Shown piece after piece: positions 37,616-47,260 of a stretch of 64,000 bases of DNA; the first letter of the stretch is position 1, and every line of letters starts with the position of its first letter. The notes under the pieces were generated by a model. The model was given only the letters and a program-made list of their open reading frames with translations, had not been told where the DNA came from and did no database searches. This stretch comes from Flavobacteriales bacterium (lineage in GTDB: Bacteria > Bacteroidota > Bacteroidia > Flavobacteriales > UBA7312). The stretch covers positions 27,350-91,349 of the forward strand of contig JAQWJZ010000003.1 of NCBI GenBank assembly GCA_029248105.1, in the 5' to 3' direction. The translations under genes and the position numbers were made by a program.

Positions 37616-40054
37616 ATGATGAAAAACTTCTCTATACTATCTTTTTTGATAGTACTGTCGCTTAGCTCTTTTTCTCAACAAAAGTACACTATTAGTGGTT
37701 TTATTAACGACAAGGAAAATGGAGAATCTCTTATCGGTGTAAATGTCTTAGTAAAAGAAAAGCTAGTTGGTACAACATCGAATACTTATGGTTTTTACAG
37801 TCTTACTCTTCCTGAAGACACTTATGAAGTATCATTTACTTACATTGGTTTTGAAACGCAAACTAAAAGCATTAACCTAAATAAAAATGTTTCCTTCAAC
37901 ATTGACCTCGGCACAGGTAGCACCGATATTGATGAGGTAACAATAGTAGCTGAGGAAACCGTTGTTGAGCGAACTCAAACTAGTATAGTAGAAGTCCCTG
38001 TACAACAAATAAAAAATATACCAGCTTTATTGGGTGAAGTAGATGTGCTAAAGGCTATTCAGTTATTACCAGGTGTTCAGTCTGGAGGTGAAGGTACAAG
38101 TGGATTCTATGTAAGAGGTGGAGGCCCTGATCAAAATTTAATTTTATTAGATGGCGTACCAGTATATAATGCTTCGCATTTATTTGGCTTCTTTTCTGTT
38201 TTTAATGCTGACGCCATAAAAAATGTAAGACTTACCAAAGGGGGATATCCTGCTCGTTTTGGTGGTCGTTTGTCTTCCGTTCTAGAAATAGATATGAAAG
38301 AAGGTAATATGAAGAAGATTGAAGGAGAAGGAAGCATAGGATTGATATCTTCTAAGCTCACACTTCAAGGACCTATCATAAAAGATAAAACCTCATTTAT
38401 TGTTTCAGGAAGAAGAACCTATATAGATATTTTAGCTCAACCGCTCATAAAAAGTGCTAATAATGGTAACCCTGGGGGGTATTATTTTTATGACTTGAAC
38501 GCTAAATTAAATCATAAAATTTCTGAGAAAGACAGATTGTATCTAAGTGCATATTTAGGTAAGGATAGATTTTATTTAACGGATAGTAATAACGATGACT
38601 TTATAGATCAAGACCTAAATTATGAATCTACTTCAGAAAATGATTTTGGTCTAGATTGGGGAAATGTAACTTCATGCTTAAGATGGAATCATCTTTTTTC
38701 AAACAAGCTATTTGCCAATACAACTCTAACATATAGCAAATATCAGTTTAATACATTATATGATAGCAGGAGTTCAACATCAAGCCCTTTTCAATTGACT
38801 AAAGATACTGCCCATTTTAATTATTTTTCTGGTGTCAAAGATTATGGTGCAAAAATAGATTTTGATTATTTGCCTAACCCCAATCACTATATCAAGTTTG
38901 GTCTGAATTATGTGCGTCATAATTTTTATCCAGGCTCGTTTGAGTTATATCTCAGTACTTTTGAAAGAGATTCTTTAGGTGTCGAAACATATATCGTTCC
39001 TTATGATACTACCTTTAACTTTTCGGAAGCATTGGAAAGTAACGACGCTTTCTTTTATCTAGAAGATGACATAAGAGTAAATGACCAACTGAAAATTAAT
39101 TTAGGAATGCACTTAGGTTATTTCAACACCAATAACAAAACCTATTATTCTTTTCAACCTAGATTTTCATCACGTTTTTTAGTTAATAAAGATTGGTCTA
39201 TTAAAGCATCGTATGCGGAAATGCAACAAAATATACATCTACTAACTAGTAGCGGAGCGGGTTTGCCCACTGATATATGGGTGCCAAGTACGGATTCTGT
39301 ACCTCCTCAATATTCTAAACAGCTGGCTATGTCTGTAAATAAAAACTTCCTAAATGGACTATTGGAGGTCAGTATAGAGGGGTATTACAAGCAAATGAAT
39401 GACTTGATAACACTTAAGCCTGGTGCTGAGATAATTGGCTTTGAAGATTGGAAAAATAAAGTTGATACCAACGGAGTTGGAAGATCTTATGGGGCGGAGT
39501 TGTTTGTACAGAAGAAAAAAGGTAAAACAACAGGTTGGATAGGCTATACCTTATCCTTTAGTGAAAGGAAGTTTGAAAACGTAAACTTTGGCAGGTGGTA
39601 TCCTTACAAATACGATAGAAGGCACGATTTCTCTATAGTTATGGCGCATAAATTTTCAGATAATTTTGACATCGGTCTTACATGGGTTTATGGTACGGGA
39701 AATAACATGACTTTTCTTGAGGCAAGATATCCTACCGTAAATATTAATGGTAATACAAATGGAATTGATGAAGGCAGTGTCAACGAAATAGAATATTTCC
39801 CAACAAGAAATAATCTGAGATTACCGGCTTATCACCGATTAGATATAGGCTTAAACTTTCATAAAAAAACCAGATGGGGAGAAAGAACAATTTCTGTAGG
39901 TGCATATAATCTCTACAATAGGAAAAATCCATTTTTCCTATCTATTAATGACAAGATTCAAGTTCAAAATGGAGTGCCAGTTAGTGCTAGAGTTGTTCAA
40001 CAAACTTCTTTGTTCCCAATAATACCATCGATTTCATATAAATTTAAATTTTAG
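37616..40054 (+). CDS. TonB-dependent receptor with N-terminal CarboxypepD_reg-like domain
   Basis: 812 aa. Signal peptide, ISGFINDKENGESLIGVNVLV, plug domain (LLPGVQS, FYVRGG), C-terminal barrel ending SYKFKF. Confidence 0.9.
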   Translation: MMKNFSILSFLIVLSLSSFSQQKYTISGFINDKENGESLIGVNVLVKEKLVGTTSNTYGFYSLTLPEDTYEVSFTYIGFETQTKSINLNKNVSFNIDLGTGSTDIDEVTIVAEETVVERTQTSIVEVPVQQIKNIPALLGEVDVLKAIQLLPGVQSGGEGTSGFYVRGGGPDQNLILLDGVPVYNASHLFGFFSVFNADAIKNVRLTKGGYPARFGGRLSSVLEIDMKEGNMKKIEGEGSIGLISSKLTLQGPIIKDKTSFIVSGRRTYIDILAQPLIKSANNGNPGGYYFYDLNAKLNHKISEKDRLYLSAYLGKDRFYLTDSNNDDFIDQDLNYESTSENDFGLDWGNVTSCLRWNHLFSNKLFANTTLTYSKYQFNTLYDSRSSTSSPFQLTKDTAHFNYFSGVKDYGAKIDFDYLPNPNHYIKFGLNYVRHNFYPGSFELYLSTFERDSLGVETYIVPYDTTFNFSEALESNDAFFYLEDDIRVNDQLKINLGMHLGYFNTNNKTYYSFQPRFSSRFLVNKDWSIKASYAEMQQNIHLLTSSGAGLPTDIWVPSTDSVPPQYSKQLAMSVNKNFLNGLLEVSIEGYYKQMNDLITLKPGAEIIGFEDWKNKVDTNGVGRSYGAELFVQKKKGKTTGWIGYTLSFSERKFENVNFGRWYPYKYDRRHDFSIVMAHKFSDNFDIGLTWVYGTGNNMTFLEARYPTVNINGNTNGIDEGSVNEIEYFPTRNNLRLPAYHRLDIGLNFHKKTRWGERTISVGAYNLYNRKNPFFLSINDKIQVQNGVPVSARVVQQTSLFPIIPSISYKFKF

Positions 40055-40058
40055 ACAA

Positions 40059-40976
40059 ATGAAACATATCATATACACTACCCTTATTATTTTTTCATTT
40101 GTTTCTTGCGATAATATGCAAACTGTTATTGATGTCGATCTTCCTAAGCACGAACCAAAGCTAGTTGTCAATTCTGTAAATTCAGTTGGGGAAAATTGGA
40201 AAGCATACATTAGTGTTTCTCAGGCTCCTTTATCGACTGACAATTTTGTTTTTTTAAGTAATGCAACCGTATTGTTGATGGAAGGTGAAAATGTGATAGA
40301 TACCTTAGCATATAATGCTTCAAAGCATAGATATGAATCAGACTTAATCGTTCAACAAGGAGCAAATTTTGATATTCGTGTTTCACACCCTATGTATGAA
40401 ACAATATCTTCAAGTTTATATTCCTTTGAAAGAATAAATATTAAATCTGTTGAAGAATTACAGATGGTAACCAATGATAATGTTAGCTTAAAGTTTACTT
40501 TCGATGATCCAGAGTCTACTAATAATTACTACATGATAAATCTTAAAGGCTATTTTCCTGAGCAGGATAATGGAACAGATAGTTTATGGGGAGACTATTA
40601 CGCTGATAAAGAAAAAATATATTTTGATAGTGATGACCCCTCGTTGAATCAAGGACAGTTTTCAAGAGGTAAAGTGCTTTTTAATGACGTGTTGTTTGAT
40701 GGGACAACAAAAGAGATTAATATATTATTCAGCAGCTATTTTCTTCTGGAAGGTGAAGGCGCAGATTCCATTCAGTTGAATCTATGGAGTGTAGACTATG
40801 CCTTTTATCAGTACTTCACAACTAAAATAGTTCAATCTAATACAGGAGATAATCCCATTTTTAACTCCGAACCTGTAAATGTTTATAACAGTTTCCTAGA
40901 CGAAAATGAAGAGATTAAAGGATATGGTATTTTTGCTGTATCATCGAAAGATAGTGTTATCATACAAACGGAATAA
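40059..40976 (+). CDS. DUF4249-like lipoprotein (usual partner of this TonB-receptor subtype)
   Basis: 305 aa. Lipoprotein signal (IFSFVSC). Position immediately downstream of the receptor; family recognised from memory. Confidence 0.65.
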   Translation: MKHIIYTTLIIFSFVSCDNMQTVIDVDLPKHEPKLVVNSVNSVGENWKAYISVSQAPLSTDNFVFLSNATVLLMEGENVIDTLAYNASKHRYESDLIVQQGANFDIRVSHPMYETISSSLYSFERINIKSVEELQMVTNDNVSLKFTFDDPESTNNYYMINLKGYFPEQDNGTDSLWGDYYADKEKIYFDSDDPSLNQGQFSRGKVLFNDVLFDGTTKEINILFSSYFLLEGEGADSIQLNLWSVDYAFYQYFTTKIVQSNTGDNPIFNSEPVNVYNSFLDENEEIKGYGIFAVSSKDSVIIQTE

Positions 40977-40991
40977 CTTTACTTGATTGCC

Positions 40992-42263
40992 ATGAACGAA
41001 ATTACTTCATTATATCTGGCAATTTAGTCATTTTGATATCACATCATTATTTACCTCTCTAAATCTGCCATTATCGATTTATTCTGTTGGCAAGCCTAAT
41101 CATGATGCTGGACCAGACTTTCTTAATGCTAGAGTAAATATTGATGGTTTAGATTGGCATGGCGATGTAGAGATACATGTTAACTCTTCTGATTGGTCCA
41201 AGCATAAGCATCAAAATGATAAAAGGTATAATTCTGTAATACTTCATGTCGTATGGCAAAACGATAAAGAAATCAGAAATAATAATGGAGATTGTATTCC
41301 ATGTTTAGAGCTCAAGCCTTTAGTCGATAACAAGCTGCTCAACTTTTATCAACAATTGATGCATAGTAAGAACTGGATTCTTTGTGAATCCTACATTACA
41401 CAAGTGGATGAATTCATTGTCAGTCAATTTTTCGAGAGGTTATTAATTGAACGATTAGAGGAAAAATCAAATGTGTTGTCAAAAAAATTGAGGAATTCTA
41501 AAAACAATTGGGAATGTATATTTTATCAATCCTTGTGTCAGTCAATTGGCTTAAAAATAAATGCTGAATCTATGCTTAGTTTATCCAACAGACTTCCGTT
41601 TAGTATTTTAGCCAAACACAGAAACAATTTATTTCAAATTGAGGCATTATTGTTCGGCGTAGCAGGTTTCCTAAACGATGTCGACGACAGCTATGGTCAA
41701 TCTCTCAAAAAAGAGTATTCTTTTTTAAAGCACAAGTATGATCTAAAAGAGATGGAGGTTGAACAATGGCTGTTTATGCGTTTACGCCCATCATCGTTTC
41801 CAACAGTTAGAATAGCGCAATTGGCAAAGCTCATTTTTAATAATGCTAATTTGTTTTCTAAAGTTGTTGAGGCCAAATCTATTGATAGATTAAAAAAATA
41901 TTTGAATCCTCTGTTAGTGACTATTGGTTAACTCATTATCATTTCAAGAAGAAATCTCACCATAGAAAAAAGTCGATAGGAATTAACCTTTTTCATAGTA
42001 TTGTTATCAATTCCGTTTGCTCTCTATTATTTGTTTATGCCAAAGAGAAAGGTAATATCGCTTTTCATGAAAAATCCATACAGTTTTTGCAGGAGGTAAA
42101 GGCTGAAAATAATAATGTTGTTAAGCGATTTAATGGTATGGGGTTAGTTGTTCGTAACGCAGCTCAATCTCAAGCACTAATACAACTTAAAAGAAAATAC
42201 TGTGAAGCTAAAAAATGTTTAAATTGCAACATCGGTAATTACTTGATTACAAAAAATGAATAG
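40992..42263 (+). pseudogene. DUF2851 family gene disrupted by two single-base frameshifts
   Basis: ATG 40992 gives MNE, then the frame shifts: LLHYIWQFSHFDI...HDAGPDFLNARV...WHGDVEIHVNSSDW... runs in the frame of track ORF 41356-41931. After the A7 run (41892-41898) homology continues in another frame (SVSDYWLTHYHF...CLNCNIGNYLITKNE*), stop at 42261-42263. Confidence 0.75.
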
Positions 42264-42474
42264 TTTGCTAAATTTTTTTGAGAAACAATTCTTCGGAGTT
42301 AGCGCATGGTGGGCAAGTAAGTTAGGCTTAAAGCCTTCTTTTGTCCGTTTGTTTTTTATATACTTATCCTTTGTAAATTTTGGAATTCCTTTGTTTTATC
42401 TCAGTATGGTCTTTATCTTAAGAGTAAGAAATCATTTTAAATATCGTAAACGACCTAGTGTTTTTGATTTGTGA
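42256..42474 (+). CDS. PspC-domain small membrane protein
   Basis: 72 aa. FFGVSAWWASKLGLKPSFVRLFFIYLSF matches the PspC domain pattern. ATG overlaps the DUF2851 end by 8 nt. Confidence 0.8.
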   Translation: MNSLLNFFEKQFFGVSAWWASKLGLKPSFVRLFFIYLSFVNFGIPLFYLSMVFILRVRNHFKYRKRPSVFDL

Positions 42475-43496
42475 TGAAAAAGAGAATATTTGTTTTTGCC
42501 AAAATCTATTATGCAGTTTTTTTTATTCTGTTAATAGTTGTTATTGGCATTTTTGGTTTTATCCACATAGAAAATTACTCTCTTTTGGATGCCATTTATA
42601 TGACGGTAATCACCGTTTCATCAGTAGGTTTCCAAGAAGTTGTTGAGTTGTCTGAAAATGGTCGATTATTTACAACCTTTTTAATCATCGCAAGTTTTGG
42701 TACATTTGCTTATTCAGTATCTGTGGTCACGACCTATATTGTTGGTGGAGAATTCAACATGTACTTTAAAGATTACAAAGTGAAAAAAGAAATTAAAGGA
42801 ATAAAGGATCACACCATAGTATGTGGTTTTGGAAGAAATGGTTCTCAAGCTGTAGACAAATTAGCTGCTCACAATCAGGAATTTGTGGTCATTGATAATA
42901 ACCCACAGAGCATTGATAAATTAAGAGATACACAACGCTACTTATTTGTTAAGGGTGACGCTACCCTTGACGAAACATTGGAGTTAGCAGGAATTTCAAG
43001 AGCCAAAGCATTAATCTCTACTCTATCTTCAGATGCCGACAATCTGTATGTTGTTCTTTCTGCAAGACAAAAAAAGAATGATTTAATAATTATTAGTAGA
43101 GCGTCTTACGATGAATCACTTGATAAATTAAAAATAGCTGGTGCCGATAATGTGATTATGCCTAATAAATTAGGTGGCGCACATATGGCTTCGCTAGTCA
43201 CAACACCTGATGTTGTTGAGTTTTTAGACAACATTACTTTAGAAGGTAACGCAGAAATTAATCTAGAAGAAATATCACTTAATCATTTGCCTGGCGACTT
43301 TCAGAACAAGACCGTCAAAGATTTAAATGCGCGTTTACACACCGGCTGTAATATTATTGGTTTCAAAACACCTGAAGGTAAATATGTAATTAACCCCAGT
43401 GCTGAAACCATGCTCATACCGAACTCTAAATTATTTGTTTTAGGGTCTAACGAGCAAATAAAGAAACTTAATAAATTATTAAAAACTCATGATTGA
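42471..43496 (+). CDS. Two-TM potassium-channel family protein with cytoplasmic TrkA-N/TrkA-C (RCK) domains; start GTG 42471 or ATG 42474
   Basis: 341 aa. TM1, pore helix, filter-like TVSSVGFQE, TM2. Rossmann IVCGFGRNGSQ (RCK/TrkA-N) and a C-terminal TrkA-C-like domain. The start overlaps the PspC stop (GTGATG). Confidence 0.85.
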   Translation: MMKKRIFVFAKIYYAVFFILLIVVIGIFGFIHIENYSLLDAIYMTVITVSSVGFQEVVELSENGRLFTTFLIIASFGTFAYSVSVVTTYIVGGEFNMYFKDYKVKKEIKGIKDHTIVCGFGRNGSQAVDKLAAHNQEFVVIDNNPQSIDKLRDTQRYLFVKGDATLDETLELAGISRAKALISTLSSDADNLYVVLSARQKKNDLIIISRASYDESLDKLKIAGADNVIMPNKLGGAHMASLVTTPDVVEFLDNITLEGNAEINLEEISLNHLPGDFQNKTVKDLNARLHTGCNIIGFKTPEGKYVINPSAETMLIPNSKLFVLGSNEQIKKLNKLLKTHD

Positions 43497-43653
43497 AAAA
43501 AAGATTTTAGGAGTTTGCGCTTGGATTGCTGAAAAATTTGAACTTGATGTTTCAGGCATTCGGATGCTATTCATTGTTGCTGCTATTCTTGGTTTTGGTT
43601 CTCCCATAATAATATACCTTATTTTATATTTGATAAAACCAAAAAGCCTGTAA
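43489..43653 (+). CDS. Second PspC-domain mini-protein (54 aa), below the ORF-track cutoff
   Basis: ATG 43489 overlaps the channel stop (43494-43496). Translation is MIEKKILGVCAWIAEKFELDVSGIRMLFIVAAILGFGSPIIIYLILYLIKPKSL; TAA at 43651-43653. Confidence 0.6.
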   Translation: MIEKKILGVCAWIAEKFELDVSGIRMLFIVAAILGFGSPIIIYLILYLIKPKSL

Positions 43654-43658
43654 TTTAA

Positions 43659-44555
43659 ATGAGTAAATCAATTTTAATAACAGGAAGTAATGGATTGCTA
43701 GGACAAAAACTTGTTCATTTATTAAAAGAAAAAAACAATGTTATAGCAAGTTCAAAAGGTTCGTGTTTAATTTCTAATCAATCCGATTTTATCTATCATA
43801 GCTTAGACATTACAGATGAAGAAGCTATTTTCGAGACATTCGAAAAATACAAGCCAGATGCTGTAATAAACACGGCTGCAATGACGAATGTAGATGGCTG
43901 TGAAGATCAAAAAGAGTTGTGTGATAAGATAAATGTTAGGGCTATCGAATACTTGTCTAAAGCATGTGAGCAATATGACACACATTTAATCCATATTTCA
44001 ACAGATTTTATTTTTGATGGTGAAAATGGACCTTACTCTGAAGACGATATAGCTAATCCTTTAAGTTATTATGGGCTCTCTAAATGGAAGTCTGAAAAGG
44101 TTCTTCAAGATTCAAGTTGTAAGTGGGCAATTTTAAGAACCATAATATTGTATGGAACAGCTGAAAACCTACAAAGAAACAACATTGTTCTTTGGGGAAG
44201 AAAAGCATTAAAAGAAGGGCAAACATTAAATATAATTGACGATCAATTTCGTTCTCCTACTTTAGCTGAAGATTTGGCTCAAGCATGTCGTTTAGTTGTC
44301 GAAAAACAAGCAACAGGAATATATAATGCCTCAGGTAAGGATATTATGAGTATTTATGAAATGGTAGAAAGAATGGCTGATTTTTATCAGTGCGATAAAT
44401 CTCAAATAAATAGAATATCTTCATCGACTTTAAATCAAAAAGCAAAACGACCACCTAAAACAGGTTTCCTTTTAAACAAAATTATAAATCAACTAGGTTA
44501 TGTCCCTCATTCTTTTGAAGAAGGGTTAGCACTATTAGAAAAACAAATTAATTAA
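43659..44555 (+). CDS. SDR-family NAD(P)-dependent reductase, RmlD (dTDP-4-dehydrorhamnose reductase)-like
   Basis: 298 aa. [11 protein letters not shown] Rossmann, YGLSK catalytic YxxxK, RmlD-like length. Confidence 0.75.
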   Translation: MSKSILITGSNGLLGQKLVHLLKEKNNVIASSKGSCLISNQSDFIYHSLDITDEEAIFETFEKYKPDAVINTAAMTNVDGCEDQKELCDKINVRAIEYLSKACEQYDTHLIHISTDFIFDGENGPYSEDDIANPLSYYGLSKWKSEKVLQDSSCKWAILRTIILYGTAENLQRNNIVLWGRKALKEGQTLNIIDDQFRSPTLAEDLAQACRLVVEKQATGIYNASGKDIMSIYEMVERMADFYQCDKSQINRISSSTLNQKAKRPPKTGFLLNKIINQLGYVPHSFEEGLALLEKQIN

Positions 44556-44571
44556 TATCAATTACATCCAT

Positions 44572-46083
44572 ATGAAACGTATTTTATTTTTACTATCATC
44601 GTTACTTTTCGCTAACTCCCTTTTTGCTGAAGGAACTAACAATTTAGGCGATCGAATAAACGACTTCTTTGTGCCTATTGTAGATGTCATTGCTCAATTT
44701 ATTTTTTGGGATCCTATTGCCGCTATGGGCTTTGATATTGGAACGTCAATACCAATTGTTGTGGTGTGGTTAGTATTTGGGGCTATCTTTTTTACCTTAA
44801 AGATGAATTTCATCAACATTAGGGCTTTTAAACATGCTATAGATTTAGTTCGTGGTAAGTATGACGACCCTAATGACGAAGGAGAGGTATCTCATTTTCA
44901 GGCATTAGCGACCGCACTATCAGCCACTGTAGGACTAGGTAATATTGCGGGTGTTGCTGTAGCTATTACAGTAGGTGGTCCTGGAGCTACCTTTTGGATG
45001 ATTGTGGCTGGATTATTAGGTATGTCATCAAAATTTGTTGAATGCACGCTAGGGGTAAAGTATAGAGTTGTCAATGAAAACGGTGAAGTTTCAGGAGGCC
45101 CCATGTATTACCTTAAAAACGGATTAGCAAAATACGGATTTGCAAATGTTGGTAAAGTATTAGCTGTAATATTTGCCATCCTCTGTATAGGCGGTTCTTT
45201 TGGTGGAGGCAACATGTTTCAGGCTAATCAGGCCTATGCTCAACTTTCTGGGCAGTTCCCTATGCTTTCAGGTAATGGACCTATGTTTGGTTTTCTTTTA
45301 GCCATTTTAGTGGGTACAGTAATAATAGGAGGTATTAAGAGTATTGCCAAAGTCACAGAAAAAATAGTTCCTTTTATGGCAGTTCTTTATGTTGCAGCTG
45401 CCTTAGTTATTCTAGTTGTTAATTTTTCAGAAATAGGTAACGCTTTTGCAATGATTATTGAAGGTGCGTTTGCGCCTAGTGCTGCATTTGGAGGTTTTAT
45501 AGGCGTAATCATTCAAGGATTTAGAAGAGCAGCATTTTCAAATGAAGCTGGTGTAGGGTCTGCCTCTATTGCACATTCAGCAACTAAAACTAATGAGCCA
45601 GTCAGCGAAGGCATTGTCTCTTTACTTGAGCCATTTATTGATACAGTAGTAATTTGTACCATGACAGCCTTAGTAATTATTGTAACAGGTATGTCAGGTG
45701 TGCAAGGAGTAGAAGGAGCTCAACTTACTTCACAAGCATTTGAAAGTGTGATATCGTGGTTTCCATATGTTCTAGTTATAGCCATATTTTTATTTGCTTT
45801 TTCTACTATGATATCTTGGTCATATTATGGGTTGAAATCATGGACTTACTTATTTGGTTCCTCTAAAAAATCTGAACTTGTTTATAAGCTTATATTTTTA
45901 GCGTTCATTATAGTTGGATCATCTGTTAAATTAGGTGCAGTTCTTGATTTTTCTGATATGATGATTTTAGCTATGGCATTCCCTAACATATTAGGCTTGT
46001 TGATTCTGTCAGGAGAAGTGAAAATAGATTTAAAAGAGTACTTAAACAAAGTAAAAACAGGAGTGATTAAAAAAGTGAAATAA
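44572..46083 (+). CDS. Alanine/glycine:cation symporter (AGCS family)
   Basis: 503 aa. [21 protein letters not shown] and [16 protein letters not shown] family motifs. Signal-like N-terminal extension. Confidence 0.9.
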   Translation: MKRILFLLSSLLFANSLFAEGTNNLGDRINDFFVPIVDVIAQFIFWDPIAAMGFDIGTSIPIVVVWLVFGAIFFTLKMNFINIRAFKHAIDLVRGKYDDPNDEGEVSHFQALATALSATVGLGNIAGVAVAITVGGPGATFWMIVAGLLGMSSKFVECTLGVKYRVVNENGEVSGGPMYYLKNGLAKYGFANVGKVLAVIFAILCIGGSFGGGNMFQANQAYAQLSGQFPMLSGNGPMFGFLLAILVGTVIIGGIKSIAKVTEKIVPFMAVLYVAAALVILVVNFSEIGNAFAMIIEGAFAPSAAFGGFIGVIIQGFRRAAFSNEAGVGSASIAHSATKTNEPVSEGIVSLLEPFIDTVVICTMTALVIIVTGMSGVQGVEGAQLTSQAFESVISWFPYVLVIAIFLFAFSTMISWSYYGLKSWTYLFGSSKKSELVYKLIFLAFIIVGSSVKLGAVLDFSDMMILAMAFPNILGLLILSGEVKIDLKEYLNKVKTGVIKKVK

Positions 46084-46098
46084 TCACTCATCAAGTCC

Positions 46099-46761
46099 AT
46101 GAAAAACTTTTTTTATTTTAATTATTCGCATCGAAATGGTATAGTGTTTTTATCTATTGTAGTAATTCTTATGTCTTTTTTCAAAGATGTATAGAGAAAA
46201 CACACCCCGATTTCTTATGATTTTTCAGCTTACAAAGAAGAGGTTAATCGATTGAGAGAAGAAGATAAGAAGCAAAAATATAATTACAAAATTAAAAACG
46301 TAGTTACACAAAATAAGCCGTTGATATATAATAGGCTTAGTGTTGAGGTCAATTTAGCAGACACTACAAGTTTTAAATCATTACCATCAATAGGTACTGT
46401 CTTTGCAAATCGAATTTGTAAGTATCGACATTTACTTGTAGGTTTTTATTCAATCGATCAGCTAAAAGAAGTGTATGGAATGGACTCTTTGAGATACGCC
46501 ACTATCAAATCGCATTTGATTATTGACACCAATCAAATTAAAAAAATCAATATTAATTTTTCAGAAGCAAAAGATTTACGAAGACACCCATACATTTCAT
46601 ACAAGATGGCAAATTTAATTGTTAGCTATAAACAGCAGCGCGGTGTATATAGAACACTAACTGATTTACTCAATTTACATTTGATAGACTCCCTTAAATT
46701 CCGTAAAATTGCACCTTATTTAACCACCGATGAAAACGAGTCTGTTAGTCGAATACATTAG
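46099..46761 (+). pseudogene. ComEA-like helix-hairpin-helix protein with an in-frame TAG at 46192-46194
   Basis: ATG 46099 encodes a TM anchor (MKNFFYFNYSHRNGIVFLSIVVILMSFFKDV), then TAG. The same frame continues into track ORF 46252-46761, which carries two HhH-like units (SLPSIGTVFANRI; LRRHPYISYKMANLIV). Confidence 0.6.
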
Positions 46762-47257
46762 GGAAGTAAAAGACTTTCCAAAAGTTGGAATATCCTTCAA
46801 AGATATTACCCCCATCTTGTCAAGTCCTGAGGCGTCATCTTTAGTTGTAAATTCATTTGTTGAAATTTTAAAAGATAAAAAAATTGATGCAATTGTAGGT
46901 GTTGAAAGTCGAGGGTTTCTATTTGGAATGTTATTAGCTAATGCTTTGAATGTACCATTTGTACCTGTTCGAAAAGCTGGAAAATTACCTGCTGACATAA
47001 TTTGTGAGGAATATGATTTGGAATATGGGACAGCTAAGGTAGAAATTCATACAGATGCAATAAAAGACGGCTGGAATGTAGTCATTCATGACGATTTACT
47101 CGCTACTGGTGGTACGGCTGTTGCAGCCTCAAAATTAGTACAGCGACTAGGAGGAAATATACTATCATTTTTATTCGTTGTGGAGTTGTCCTTTTTAGAT
47201 GGTAGAAATAATTTGTTAAAATTTTCAGAAGATATTAATTCACTGATAAAATATTAA
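46730..47257 (+). CDS. apt: Adenine phosphoribosyltransferase
   Basis: 175 aa. DFPKVGISFKDITP and PRPP-binding VVIHDDLLATGGTA. Confidence 0.93.
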   Translation: MKTSLLVEYIREVKDFPKVGISFKDITPILSSPEASSLVVNSFVEILKDKKIDAIVGVESRGFLFGMLLANALNVPFVPVRKAGKLPADIICEEYDLEYGTAKVEIHTDAIKDGWNVVIHDDLLATGGTAVAASKLVQRLGGNILSFLFVVELSFLDGRNNLLKFSEDINSLIKY

Positions 47258-47260
47258 AGA

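Noticed and set aside
42458-42646. 62-aa plus-strand ORF overlapping the PspC/K+ channel junction
   Set aside because: It is out of frame with two well-supported genes and has Cys/Phe-rich junk composition.
28198-46194. Stop-codon reassignment as the explanation for the in-frame TAA (secDF) and TAG (ComEA-like)
   Set aside because: TAA and TAG both terminate many other genes here at conserved C-termini (for example TAG ends tuf, TAA ends greA, gyrB and rpoC). A changed genetic code is therefore not supported.
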